From an uncultured Algoriphagus sp. (GTDB lineage Bacteria; Bacteroidota; Bacteroidia; Cytophagales; Cyclobacteriaceae): DNA of 64,000 nucleotides. Below, piece after piece: positions 29,194 through 38,738 of the stretch (the stretch's first letter is position 1; each line of letters begins with the position of its first letter). The stretch lies in contig CBFHWO010000006.1 in the NCBI GenBank assembly GCA_965659625.1, positions 24,587 through 88,586 of the forward strand, in the 5' to 3' direction. Made by a program: the position numbers and the translations under genes. The notes below the pieces were generated by a model. It was not told where the DNA came from. It was given only the letters and a program-made list of their open reading frames with translations, and did no database searches.

Positions 29194-29224
29194 AACCTTC
29201 GAGGTCTCGAAGACCTCAAAGGTT
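29194..29224 (-). repeat. Inverted copy of the 31-nt palindromic hairpin unit
   Basis: Its reverse complement, AACCTTTGAGGTC-TTCGA-GACCTCGAAGGTT, has arms matching the 28990 unit. On the minus strand a T-rich tract follows, so it could terminate minus-strand transcription. Confidence 0.8.
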
Positions 29225-29233
29225 GTAAATAAC

Positions 29234-29311
29234 CTTTCTTCGCATCACGTAAAGACTTCAAATACAAACTTGTCTGGCGCAAGTCTTCAAACTTGTCCAC
29301 TTTGAAAGACG
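29234..29311 (-). pseudogene. Decayed duplicate of the 3' end of the adjacent VF530/DUF2132-type gene
   Basis: Positions 29241-29269 match 29370-29398 at 25 of 29 positions. The minus-strand translation ...[13 protein letters not shown] compares with the gene's C-terminus [13 protein letters not shown]. There is no start codon or upstream coding body. Confidence 0.6.
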
Positions 29312-29357
29312 TTAAACAGAAGTCGTTGCGCCGCCGCGTAGTTGCGAGCAAAAAAAA

Positions 29358-29606
29358 TTACTTCTTATTCGCATCCCGCAAAGATTTCAAATACAATCCC
29401 TCCACTCGCTCTCTGGCCCAAGGAGTTTTGCGAAGGAATTTCAAGCTTGAGTTGACCGAAGGGTCATGAGTAAAACATCGAATCGTAATTCTTTGACCTA
29501 ATTCCTCCCATCCATAGAACTCAACTAAATGAGAAACCATGTCCGCTAGTTTAACACCATGAAGCGGGTTGTTGGGTTGGTTTTCAGGATTTGTGTTATC
29601 TGACAT
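29358..29606 (-). CDS. VF530 / DUF2132-family small putative DNA-binding protein (82 aa)
   Basis: The motif string LHGVKL...[36 protein letters not shown] is as I recall for this family. The family call is from memory. Confidence 0.7.
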   Translation of the reverse strand: MSDNTNPENQPNNPLHGVKLADMVSHLVEFYGWEELGQRITIRCFTHDPSVNSSLKFLRKTPWARERVEGLYLKSLRDANKK

Positions 29607-29617
29607 TTTTAATCGAA

Positions 29618-31336
29618 TTATTTTATAAAGATAGTCTGCCCTTCTTTAATCGTTTCCAAAACTTGAATATCCTTAAGCTGCATTGGATCTATTTTCAAAG
29701 GATTTTGATCCAAAATAACTAAGTCGGCCAGTTTTCCCTCTTTCAAACTTCCTTTTCTACCTTCCTCAAAATGCTGGTAAGCCCCCCAAATCGTAATGGA
29801 TTTTAAGGCCTCGTAAGGCGTCAAACGTTCTTCGGCTCCGATTACTTCTCCACTTCGAGAAACTCGATTGACAGTTGTCCATAAGATCATCATCAAGTTT
29901 GGAAATGCCACTGGAGCATCTGTGTGAGAAGTTACTTTCATCCCTCGATCCAAAGCCGAGCGAATCGGTGAAATCTTATCAGCCTTTTCCTTACCGATAA
30001 TCTGCCGATGCCAATCTCCCCAATAAAAGGTATGCATCGGAAAAAGTGACGCCACCACATCCATGTCAGCAAGACTGTCCAATTGATCTATTCGGATGTA
30101 CTGACCATGGATGAGCACATTTCGACGATCCTGATTTCCATACTTTGCGATAGCAGGTCGAAGCGTTCGGATTAATTGGTCGATTGCAGCATCTCCGTTT
30201 CCATGGGTAAGCAGCTGCCAATTGTTTTCAAAAGCCATGTTGACTATTCGTTTCACCTCCGAGTCTTCTGCGATTGCAGGATAGCCTTTATAGTCTTCGT
30301 TTTGGCCATCTGGAGGGATCAAATATGGTTCCGTCCTCCAAGCTGTTCTACCTTGTGGCGAACCATCGAGCGTCATCTTCAGGCCTCCAATACGGTAGCG
30401 ATTGAGATAATCTTTTGAATTCCATTTGGTTTCCATGTATTGCGGTCCGCTGTAGTCGATGTAAGACACTACATCCAAATAAAATTTACCTTGCTCGGCA
30501 TAGCTTGCCATCAATTCATGATTTGCCATGGCTCTTCCTTCTTGGGCAGTGGTATAGCCAAACTTGGCTGCCATCTCTTGAGATTTGTCCAAATAATAAA
30601 AAGCCAGCTCAGGATCAGAAGGACCGATAATTGGAAAAAATAAAGGAATAGCCGCAAGCTCTTCCAAAACGCCATTGGGTTCCTGACTGCCTGGCATTCT
30701 TCTAATAATTCCGCCCGATGGGTCTTTTGATTCTGCTGTTACGTTACTCATTTTCAGACCTTTGGAATTCATCACTGCGAAGTGTCCAGAGATATGAATG
30801 ATACAAATGGGGACCTCAGTTGAGACTTGGTCTAGGTCTTCTTTGGTAGGAAATCGATTTTCAGCTAAAACCGCATCGTCGAAGCCTAATCCAATGATCC
30901 AACCTTGAGTTTTGTCGGTGCCATTTTCTGAATACCAAGATTTCAGTTCAGCTATTAATTCTGGAATTGAATTTACTTCGCCGTCAGGGCTGGCCAGTAA
31001 ATTAGCTGCGATAGCCTGTACTCCAAATCCGCCAAAATGTGCGTGACCATCGATAAAACCGGGGACAAGTGTCTTTCCATTTAGATTTTTCATCTGATGA
31101 CCTTTACCGGCTTTTTCCATGGCTTCGTCCATAGCACCGACAAAAAGGATTTCCCCATCTTTTTCCACCAATGATTCTACATAAACGGGTTCTTCACCTT
31201 CCATAGTAATAATATCACCTCCAAAATACATGGTGGCGACAGATCCACTTTCTTCTTCTTTTTGGCTACAGGAAAAAGTAAAAATTAATAGACTTAATAA
31301 AAGTGTTGAGTTTTTCATAAGCTTTTGATAGATCAA
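29618..31336 (-). CDS. Exported metal-dependent amidohydrolase (COG1574-type, amidohydrolase_3 family) lipoprotein
   Basis: It has a lipobox (FTFSC), the HxH metal site (FIDGHAHF) and a C-terminus ([11 protein letters not shown]) typical of this family. Confidence 0.82.
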   Translation of the reverse strand: MIYQKLMKNSTLLLSLLIFTFSCSQKEEESGSVATMYFGGDIITMEGEEPVYVESLVEKDGEILFVGAMDEAMEKAGKGHQMKNLNGKTLVPGFIDGHAHFGGFGVQAIAANLLASPDGEVNSIPELIAELKSWYSENGTDKTQGWIIGLGFDDAVLAENRFPTKEDLDQVSTEVPICIIHISGHFAVMNSKGLKMSNVTAESKDPSGGIIRRMPGSQEPNGVLEELAAIPLFFPIIGPSDPELAFYYLDKSQEMAAKFGYTTAQEGRAMANHELMASYAEQGKFYLDVVSYIDYSGPQYMETKWNSKDYLNRYRIGGLKMTLDGSPQGRTAWRTEPYLIPPDGQNEDYKGYPAIAEDSEVKRIVNMAFENNWQLLTHGNGDAAIDQLIRTLRPAIAKYGNQDRRNVLIHGQYIRIDQLDSLADMDVVASLFPMHTFYWGDWHRQIIGKEKADKISPIRSALDRGMKVTSHTDAPVAFPNLMMILWTTVNRVSRSGEVIGAEERLTPYEALKSITIWGAYQHFEEGRKGSLKEGKLADLVILDQNPLKIDPMQLKDIQVLETIKEGQTIFIK

Positions 31337-31433
31337 AAATTAATTTAAGTAAAATAATAAGTTAAGCAATACCTGATCTTTCTTTAAAAGATCGAATGGA
31401 ATTGATTGAGCTTACGGAAAAAATATTGAATAT

Positions 31434-31459
31434 AGGCACGGAAGGAAGGCTCCGTGCCT
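31434..31459 (-). terminator. Possible terminator hairpin downstream of the NAD(P)-binding protein gene
   Basis: A 9-bp stem pairs AGGCACGGA with TCCGTGCCT. On the minus strand the T-run starts about 10 nt after the stem, so the arrangement is imperfect. Confidence 0.45.
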
Positions 31460-31466
31460 ATTAAGA

Positions 31467-32111
31467 TTATTTATCCCAGATGAAGGGAGCTTTTCTGCAA
31501 AATTCCTCCGATTCCAGTTGATCCACCATAAACTGTGCTAAGCTGGCGGCAGCTATTTTACTTCCCTTACAGTCCAAAGTAGACACTGCAAACATCCTTT
31601 TTTCTTCTGTCAACTCAATTAATGTAGACCGAATTAAAGTCCAGTTTAAATCTGACTCAAGCAATACTTCATATTCCTCTTGTTTGTTTTGACTGGAAAT
31701 GGGGAAGTTGGAATACATAAACTCAGTGCCTGCTTTTATGGATTCGCTCTTTTGGTCAAATTCAGTATTGACATTCAAGCCAGACAGTACGATATATCGA
31801 GTTTGCGGCCTGAATTGAAGCTGCTCAATAATCAATTTTGTTGTTTCCTTGAATATGGTCTTACTACTCATAGGTACGCCTATCCCTAGTGCACTGACGA
31901 TCGCTTCACTACCGGAAAGTAGGTCACTAACTGATTCTGGGTCAGACACATCTCCGTAGACTATTTCTAGATTTTGATGAAATGTTGGGGTTTTTTCAGG
32001 ATTTCTTACAAGCAACCGTACTTTGTAATTTCTCTCCAGAAGTTCTTTTACAAGGTAAGTTCCGGATTTTCCTGTGCCGCCAATTACGGCGATTGTATGT
32101 AGATTTTTCAT
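31467..32111 (-). CDS. NAD(P)H-binding (NmrA/atypical SDR-like) protein
   Basis: It has the N-terminal Rossmann motif IAVIGGTGKSGTYLVKELL and is 214 aa long. Confidence 0.78.
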   Translation of the reverse strand: MKNLHTIAVIGGTGKSGTYLVKELLERNYKVRLLVRNPEKTPTFHQNLEIVYGDVSDPESVSDLLSGSEAIVSALGIGVPMSSKTIFKETTKLIIEQLQFRPQTRYIVLSGLNVNTEFDQKSESIKAGTEFMYSNFPISSQNKQEEYEVLLESDLNWTLIRSTLIELTEEKRMFAVSTLDCKGSKIAAASLAQFMVDQLESEEFCRKAPFIWDK

Positions 32112-32287
32112 GTGATTCCGAATAAAATTTGATAAAATAAAGCCCTTACCTCATAGAATTGAGGCAGGTTTCAGCCTTTTTTTGGCTGAGAAAATGGCGA
32201 TACAAATTTTATATGGAGATTTTAATAGGCTAAAGCTACCTTTTTTTGGCTAATTCAACTCTAAATAAAAAGTCAAACAGTAATAAC

Positions 32288-32650
32288 TTATATATCCTCT
32301 ACAAAAAATATGGAGTTGTTATTCAGGTCGTAAATTCCGAATTCATTGGTGCCCCAAGGCGTGTCTTTTCGCAATTTATCTTTTGGGACAACCCCTTTGG
32401 CTACAAGTTGGTTGAAATATTTGTCAATATTTTTAACAAAAATCCGAACGACTGATCCACCAAGTAATGGATCATCTTTCGTATCTGCATGCCACTGGAG
32501 GTGTAGCCAAACAGTTTTAAAGTGGATTCCTGCGTACATGCAGTCTCCAAAAATCTTTTTAAATCCTAAATTTTCTTCATACCAAACTAAGTCTCTTTCA
32601 ATATCACTAGAGGGTAAAACTGGCACTGTGGATAAAAATTCGGTCTTCAT
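32288..32650 (-). CDS. VOC / glyoxalase-bleomycin resistance family protein
   Basis: It is 120 aa. The N-terminus LSTVPVLPSSDIERDLVWYEENLGF and the C-terminus FGIYDLNNNSIFF fit the bleomycin-resistance-like VOC fold. Confidence 0.72.
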   Translation of the reverse strand: MKTEFLSTVPVLPSSDIERDLVWYEENLGFKKIFGDCMYAGIHFKTVWLHLQWHADTKDDPLLGGSVVRIFVKNIDKYFNQLVAKGVVPKDKLRKDTPWGTNEFGIYDLNNNSIFFVEDI

Positions 32651-32708
32651 TTTTAAGGTTTAAAAAAAGGGATCCAATAAAGTTTACTGAATCCCCAGTG
32701 CAAAGGTT

Positions 32709-33656
32709 TTATCCTTTTGTCTCAAGCGTCGTCCTTACCTCCTCAAGATCTCTTTTGATTTCATTAATACTTTGCCATTCTCTTCCCTCTTCGCCATGTT
32801 CGATTCCTATGTACCCATGAAAATTATGAGCCAAAACTATTTTGATCATTCTCGTAAAATCAAGTGGGTGCTCTTTTCCTGCATCGTCCCATACAACAGG
32901 CTTTAGACTTACACCTTTTGCATAAGGCATTAATTCATCCACACCTCGATAGGAATCATACGAAATGTTTTTGTCGTTTTGGTTGGCAATTCTAAAATTC
33001 CCGAAATCTGGTAAAGTTCCTGCTCTTGGATGAGCAGTTTCTTTGATCATTTCTGCTAGCCATTTGCCGTCACTGGAGAATCCTCCATGATTTTCTATGA
33101 TCACATCTATGTCAAAGTCATCTGCAAATTCGCAAAGTTGTCTTAAGCCAGAGCTAGTGATGTCCATAGCTGTTTTGGCATCGGTAGGATTGGTGCTCCA
33201 AGGTACTGCAGAATATGCGTTGACACGGATGGCATGGCATCCAAGAAATTGGGCCGCTTCTACCCATTTTTTGTGATTTTCTACTGTTTGTTTCCTACCC
33301 TCAGAAGTCGCTGCACCTAGCATTCCTTCTCCGTCTACCATAATCAAAACTGAGGTGACACCTTCTCCATCAGCACGAGTTTTCATTTCTTGGAGATATG
33401 CCATGTCTTGGGCTTTGTCTTTAAAGAATTGATTCACGTATTCTACCGCATCGATAGTATGCTGTTTTGCAAGAATAGGAAAATCTAAATGGTCAATTTT
33501 TCCTGAGAATAAGGCTTTATTCAAGGACCATTCTGCAAGCGATATTTTGAAAAGTGGATCAGCTTTCTTGGATGTAAAGCTCATTTGCGGTAAGCTTATT
33601 CCAAAAGCTGCAGTTGCCAATCCTGCTGTTTTTAAGAATTCTCTTCTTGTTTTCAT
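32709..33656 (-). CDS. TAT-exported sugar phosphate isomerase/epimerase (xylose isomerase-like TIM barrel)
   Basis: It has a twin-arginine signal (MKTRREFLKTAGLATAAFG) and TIM-barrel motifs (IRVNA, IENHGG, IGIEHGEEG). Confidence 0.82.
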   Translation of the reverse strand: MKTRREFLKTAGLATAAFGISLPQMSFTSKKADPLFKISLAEWSLNKALFSGKIDHLDFPILAKQHTIDAVEYVNQFFKDKAQDMAYLQEMKTRADGEGVTSVLIMVDGEGMLGAATSEGRKQTVENHKKWVEAAQFLGCHAIRVNAYSAVPWSTNPTDAKTAMDITSSGLRQLCEFADDFDIDVIIENHGGFSSDGKWLAEMIKETAHPRAGTLPDFGNFRIANQNDKNISYDSYRGVDELMPYAKGVSLKPVVWDDAGKEHPLDFTRMIKIVLAHNFHGYIGIEHGEEGREWQSINEIKRDLEEVRTTLETKG

Positions 33657-33707
33657 GTTGATGATGTTTAAGTGAATAAAAAGTTGTTATAGAAAATTAA
33701 GTACTAT

Positions 33708-35222
33708 TTAAATCTCCCACCCTTTCCGATATTCTCTGGTTAAGAATTTATTGAAAGATTCATCATTCGTTATTTTTGGAATAGAAGCATCAAATTCTAC
33801 TCTTTTCTTAGCTCTCAGAGCTATCGCCCCAAGATTTAGAGTATCTGTAATTGTTTGAGCTCTAATAAAACTTCCAGGCGTTTGCTTTTTATCTCTTATT
33901 GATTCAACCCACATGTCTGTATTTCTGTCTACCTCTCTTGAGTTTATGATTTCAGCACCAGGTCGGTTTTTCATTTTGCTCTCTGGGATCAAAACGGGAT
34001 TTTCACCCCTAAACCCACCTAATATTTTCCCTTTTGTTCCAACCAGCATTAAACCTTCTTCCGGTGTGTCTTTTCCATCTATTTCCAATTCTTCCGGGGC
34101 AAAGGGTTTCATTCCTCCATCATACCAAAACAAATCAAATGCAGGTAAACTTTCTTGCGCAGGGAAATTCCATTTGATCATGCAACTGGCAGGAAATGCA
34201 ACATCATTTTCCACCCAATGATAGACATGATCAATTTCTTCTCGGGTAGTTGTTCCATAGGCTTTGGCGGCATTTGGAGATCGATTGATTCCCAATGTTT
34301 CAAATAATGGAAACAAGCTATAATGTCCCATATCTGCAATCGATCCTCCACCGAATTCATACCATCCTCTGAAGACATTGTTTGTATAATGCGGATGATA
34401 ATTCATGTCGGGCACAGGCCCAAGCCATAAATCCCAATTAAATCCTTTGGGTGTAGGAGGGGTGTCCATTGGTCTTTTGGTCCATTGCTGCCAAACAGGT
34501 CTATAGGACCAGTTGTGGATTTCTTTCAAATCACCGATTAACCCTTCATCGATCCAGGATTTTATTTGACGGTATTCCGGACGATCCGACCAGGCTAGTA
34601 AATGCGTTATCACACCAGTTGATTTTGCTTTTTCAATCACTTTCCTACCTTCAATCAATCGGTTAGAAATAGGTTTGTGAGTGACAACACTGATGCCGTT
34701 GTTCATGGCAGCTATTGCAATAGAAGCATGTGTATGATCCGGAGTCATAATTTTCACCACGTCAATCCCTTTTTCTTTTGCAAATAACTCACGAAAATCT
34801 TCGTACGATGAACAGCCTTTATAAGTGCCATTTGGACTGTTTTTAGCATAATATTTTTCAACATAGGCTTTTCCAACATCCCTGCCTCCTGGAATTCCTT
34901 TCGCATTGCTCCACCAAGAGTCATCACCCAAAACTTTCCGAATGTCATCTCTTATGCCATAGGGGGACCAATCAATGTAATCTTCCGTGTATTTATTGGA
35001 ATCGCAAACTGAAACTACTCGGATGGTTGGGTTCAGTAACATTCCTCCCATTTCTCGGAGGCCTTGGGTTCCACAACCAATGTTTGCAACAGTGATTTGA
35101 TCTGAGGGCGGGACTTTTCCCAGGCCAGCAATAACGCTAGAAGGAACTATTGAAAAAGAGGCTGCGATCGTAGCTGCAGTACCGATAAATTCTCGACGAT
35201 TAAGATTGTCTTTTGAAGACAT
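33708..35222 (-). CDS. TAT-exported Gfo/Idh/MocA-family oxidoreductase
   Basis: It has a twin-arginine signal (NRREFIGTAATIAASFS), a Rossmann segment (VANIGCGTQG) and a Gfo/Idh/MocA-like core (TPDHTHASIAIAAMNNG). Confidence 0.85.
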   Translation of the reverse strand: MSSKDNLNRREFIGTAATIAASFSIVPSSVIAGLGKVPPSDQITVANIGCGTQGLREMGGMLLNPTIRVVSVCDSNKYTEDYIDWSPYGIRDDIRKVLGDDSWWSNAKGIPGGRDVGKAYVEKYYAKNSPNGTYKGCSSYEDFRELFAKEKGIDVVKIMTPDHTHASIAIAAMNNGISVVTHKPISNRLIEGRKVIEKAKSTGVITHLLAWSDRPEYRQIKSWIDEGLIGDLKEIHNWSYRPVWQQWTKRPMDTPPTPKGFNWDLWLGPVPDMNYHPHYTNNVFRGWYEFGGGSIADMGHYSLFPLFETLGINRSPNAAKAYGTTTREEIDHVYHWVENDVAFPASCMIKWNFPAQESLPAFDLFWYDGGMKPFAPEELEIDGKDTPEEGLMLVGTKGKILGGFRGENPVLIPESKMKNRPGAEIINSREVDRNTDMWVESIRDKKQTPGSFIRAQTITDTLNLGAIALRAKKRVEFDASIPKITNDESFNKFLTREYRKGWEI

Positions 35223-35402
35223 TTATTTTAAGGTTTTTTGGGTTAAGTACTTAATTTACCAAAGCTGTAATCGAATACAAAATATTTTATTTTCTTCAGA
35301 TAAATTTCAGAAACGAGTTTAACCCATTGATTCAAAATTATTATTGGGTTCTCTGCTAAAAACCATAACTTATCTGAATCCTTTCAATATCCCTACTAAT
35401 CA

Positions 35403-37049
35403 ATGAAAGCATCAGCCTTTATTCCAAACTTCATTTTACTAATCGCCTGCTTGTGGATTTTTTCCTGTAGCAGTTCCAATGAAAAGGAGACAATAATTCA
35501 ATATCCGGAACGTCCCAATATTGTCTGGATTGTGAATGAGGACATGTCACCTGAGCATCTGGGGTCATACGGAGGGACGGGTGGAAAGACACCAAACTTG
35601 GACCAGTTTGCAAAAGAAAGCCTGAAATATACCAATGCTTTTTCGACAGCAGGAGTCTGTGCTCCAAGTAGGGCAGCTATTATAACAGGAGCGTATCAAA
35701 CATCCATCGGAGCTCATAATATGCGTACACTTGGGATGTCGGCCAATGCGTTAGATGCTTATCCTGACGATTTCAAGTCTTACTCAACGGTACTTCCAGA
35801 AGAAATGAGAGGTTTCCCGGAATACTTGCGGATGTTGGGATATTACACCACTAATAATTCTAAAGAGGATTATCAGTTTGTAGCCCCAAAAACCATGTGG
35901 GATGAAAGCAGTAACAAGGCACATTGGAAAAACCGACCGGATCCGGATCAACCTTTCTTCTCCATTTTTAATTTGACGATTTCTCATGAATCGCAAGTTT
36001 GGGCAAGAGAAAATGAGCCTTTGCTAGTTGATCCTGATTCTGTGACAGTGCCTCCTGTTTATCCAGATGACTCCATCTCCAGAAGAACATTGGCAAGATT
36101 TATTACCAATGTCGTGAGAATGGATTCTCAAGTGGGAGAAATTATTAAAGAGTTAAAAGATGCAGGGTTATATGATAACACGATCATTTTCTATTATTCT
36201 GATCATGGTGATGGGATGCCTTATTTCAAAAGAGAATTGTATGATCGAGGATTAAAAATACCTCTTCTTATTAAAGCTCCATTCCTTGAACCAGGGACAG
36301 TAACAAATGAGCTCGTTAGTTTTATTGATTTTGGTCCTACGGTCTTATCCTTAGCCGGAATTAAAATTCCTATGGCAATGCAAGGACAGCCGTTTTTAGG
36401 TGAACAAAAAGCAGCTCCAAGAAAATATGTTTATGCAGCCCGGGATAGAATGGATTCTGAAGTTGACAGGGTTAGAGCTGTCAGCGATGGACGCTTCAAG
36501 TATATTCGGAATTACATGATCAATAAACCAAACTATCAGAATATCCAATATCGATTGAATAATCCATTAATGATTCATCTTTTAGAGCTCCATGAGCAAG
36601 GAGAGTTGACTCCGGAACAAGATCGATGGTTTGATGAAATCAAGCCGAAAGAAGAACTTTATGATACACAGGAAGATCCTTGGGAGTTTAACAATCTCGC
36701 AGGGAATCCAGAATATGAAGCTAAGCTGGAGGAAATGAGAAAGGCTCATTTGGACTGGATAAATTATTATGGAGATCTTGGGGCAAAAAATGAAATGGAA
36801 ATGGTGAGAGAATGGTGGGGAGGAAATAATTTTGCGCCTACCACAGAACCAGCTGCGATTTTATTTGAGGATGGTCTTGTTGCTTTAAAATCACCTACTC
36901 CTAGTGCATCAATAGGTTATAGAAAGTCAACAACAGACGTTTGGACTGTTTACCAAAAACCATTTGAATGGAATACAGGGGATTCTTTGTATGTCTTAGC
37001 CCATAGAATCGGATATGAGCCTTCGATGGGAGCTATGGTAGTGAAATAA
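35403..37049 (+). CDS. Sulfatase (formylglycine-dependent, S1 family) lipoprotein
   Basis: It has a lipobox (IFSCSS), the formylglycine motif CAPSRAAIITG and the motif YSDHGD. Confidence 0.9.
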   Translation: MKASAFIPNFILLIACLWIFSCSSSNEKETIIQYPERPNIVWIVNEDMSPEHLGSYGGTGGKTPNLDQFAKESLKYTNAFSTAGVCAPSRAAIITGAYQTSIGAHNMRTLGMSANALDAYPDDFKSYSTVLPEEMRGFPEYLRMLGYYTTNNSKEDYQFVAPKTMWDESSNKAHWKNRPDPDQPFFSIFNLTISHESQVWARENEPLLVDPDSVTVPPVYPDDSISRRTLARFITNVVRMDSQVGEIIKELKDAGLYDNTIIFYYSDHGDGMPYFKRELYDRGLKIPLLIKAPFLEPGTVTNELVSFIDFGPTVLSLAGIKIPMAMQGQPFLGEQKAAPRKYVYAARDRMDSEVDRVRAVSDGRFKYIRNYMINKPNYQNIQYRLNNPLMIHLLELHEQGELTPEQDRWFDEIKPKEELYDTQEDPWEFNNLAGNPEYEAKLEEMRKAHLDWINYYGDLGAKNEMEMVREWWGGNNFAPTTEPAAILFEDGLVALKSPTPSASIGYRKSTTDVWTVYQKPFEWNTGDSLYVLAHRIGYEPSMGAMVVK

Positions 37050-37068
37050 CAAAAAAGGACTCAGATTA

Positions 37069-38571
37069 TTAATCTAAACAAGGAATCCCTTCTTTTGAAT
37101 ATTTCCCAAAAGGAGGGATTATTTTATATTCTTTAATACTATTGAAATAATCGTAGTCCTCAAATTGATATTCTGGAGTGTATCGAACTTCATCCCAATA
37201 TAAACTTCTAGGTTCACTGGCTCTTAAATCACCCGTGTTTTCCATCCACTTTTGAAGTTTCTCTTTCCTGTCTTTTCTGACGATCTCCAGGGATTTTTCC
37301 CCCGCAAGATTATTCAACTGATATGGGTCTGCAATGACATCGTAAAGCTCTTCTTCAGGCCTTTTTTCAAATGCCAATTTGAAAAAATCAGGTTGGCCAG
37401 AAATTGACTTTCCTTCCATATTCATGATTAAAAATTTGGTAATGGAATTGTCTACATCTCCAAATTGCCCTACAGATTGGTGCACGGTCGGGTCTCCAGC
37501 TGGATTTCTCTCCGGCATCATATTTCTGATGTATAAATACTGGTGATCTCGAATCGCTCTCATCGGATAGGAAAGGTCGCCTTTTCTGACATTGGCATGC
37601 CGCTCCCGTTCAAGATAAACTTGATCTCGATCTTGTTTTTCACCCGCCAATAAAGGCCAAAGTGATTGCCCACTCATGGTTTCTTGGCTTAGTCCAGCAG
37701 CCTCAACAAAACTCGGGGCGAAATCCACAAAATTGACAAAATCATGGATAACTGTTCCAGCTTTTATTTTTTCCGGGAATCTGATTACCAAAGGCATGCG
37801 AGTGCCGTAATCATACAAATTTGCTTTAGCTCTTGGAAATGGCATGCCATTATCGCTGGTCATCACAATGATGGTATTGTCAAGTTCCCCAGCTTCTTCC
37901 AGCATTTTTATCAATTGTCCACACTCTCTATCAAATCTTTCCACTTCAAAATAATAGTCCAAAATATCGTTTCTGACACAATCATTATCAGGGAAAAATC
38001 CAGGAACCTTTACGTCTTCCAATGCCATCCCAGTTTGAATTCCAGTATTAGTCACATAGGTACGATGTGGATCAGTACTTCCAAACCAGAATGTAAAGGG
38101 ATCGTCTTTACTTTTTTCGGCTAAAAAGGACTTGAAATCTTCGAAGGTTTTTCCGGCCGGATTATTTTCTAAACCACTAATTTTAAAATCTCCTGGCCCC
38201 CAGCCTTTTCGAGTGGAACCGGTAAAATATCCTGCTTCTTCCAATATGGAAACGTAGCTCGGGTACTGGGCAGGGAATTCAGACCAAAGATTTCCGCCAT
38301 CCTCATTTTGATGAGGATATCTTCCTAAAAGAATGGAGGCTCGCGATGGAGAGCAAGAAGGAGATGCTGTATATGCGTTTGTAAAAAGTGAACCTTCTGC
38401 GGCTAACCTGTCAAAAGTAGGTGTTCTGACTGTTTGGTCGCCATATACTCCTGCATGCGGAAAAGACCAGTCATCGGCGATTAAGAATAGAATATTAGGT
38501 TTTTTATTTTGGGCTTTTGCCATAAAATTTACAAAAGCAAAAAGAGCGAAAATAAAGAGTATGTTTTTCAT
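37069..38571 (-). CDS. Sulfatase (formylglycine-dependent, S1 family), secreted
   Basis: A signal peptide starts at the internal Met (MKNILFIFALFAFVNFMAKAQ). It has the motifs CSPSRASILLG and TSDNGMP. I consider the 22-codon extension in the ORF track unlikely. Confidence 0.88.
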   Translation of the reverse strand: MKNILFIFALFAFVNFMAKAQNKKPNILFLIADDWSFPHAGVYGDQTVRTPTFDRLAAEGSLFTNAYTASPSCSPSRASILLGRYPHQNEDGGNLWSEFPAQYPSYVSILEEAGYFTGSTRKGWGPGDFKISGLENNPAGKTFEDFKSFLAEKSKDDPFTFWFGSTDPHRTYVTNTGIQTGMALEDVKVPGFFPDNDCVRNDILDYYFEVERFDRECGQLIKMLEEAGELDNTIIVMTSDNGMPFPRAKANLYDYGTRMPLVIRFPEKIKAGTVIHDFVNFVDFAPSFVEAAGLSQETMSGQSLWPLLAGEKQDRDQVYLERERHANVRKGDLSYPMRAIRDHQYLYIRNMMPERNPAGDPTVHQSVGQFGDVDNSITKFLIMNMEGKSISGQPDFFKLAFEKRPEEELYDVIADPYQLNNLAGEKSLEIVRKDRKEKLQKWMENTGDLRASEPRSLYWDEVRYTPEYQFEDYDYFNSIKEYKIIPPFGKYSKEGIPCLD

Positions 38572-38738
38572 AGCATTGGAATTTAGTCCGTTATTCTTTT
38601 GATTCCAAAACTTCTGTATTTCTAGATATTTATTCATCTGATCTAACTGCGAAATAATTTTTTAACAAATGCAACCTTTGAGTTGTGAGCTGCATCTTTA
38701 AGTAGGAAACTATTATTATTAGGAAAAACCTCTCAGTA

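Noticed and set aside
32246-32663. Plus-strand ORFs of 69 and 105 aa opposite the VOC-family gene.
   Set aside because: The minus-strand frame gives a coherent glyoxalase/bleomycin-resistance-like protein. The plus-strand frames have no features.
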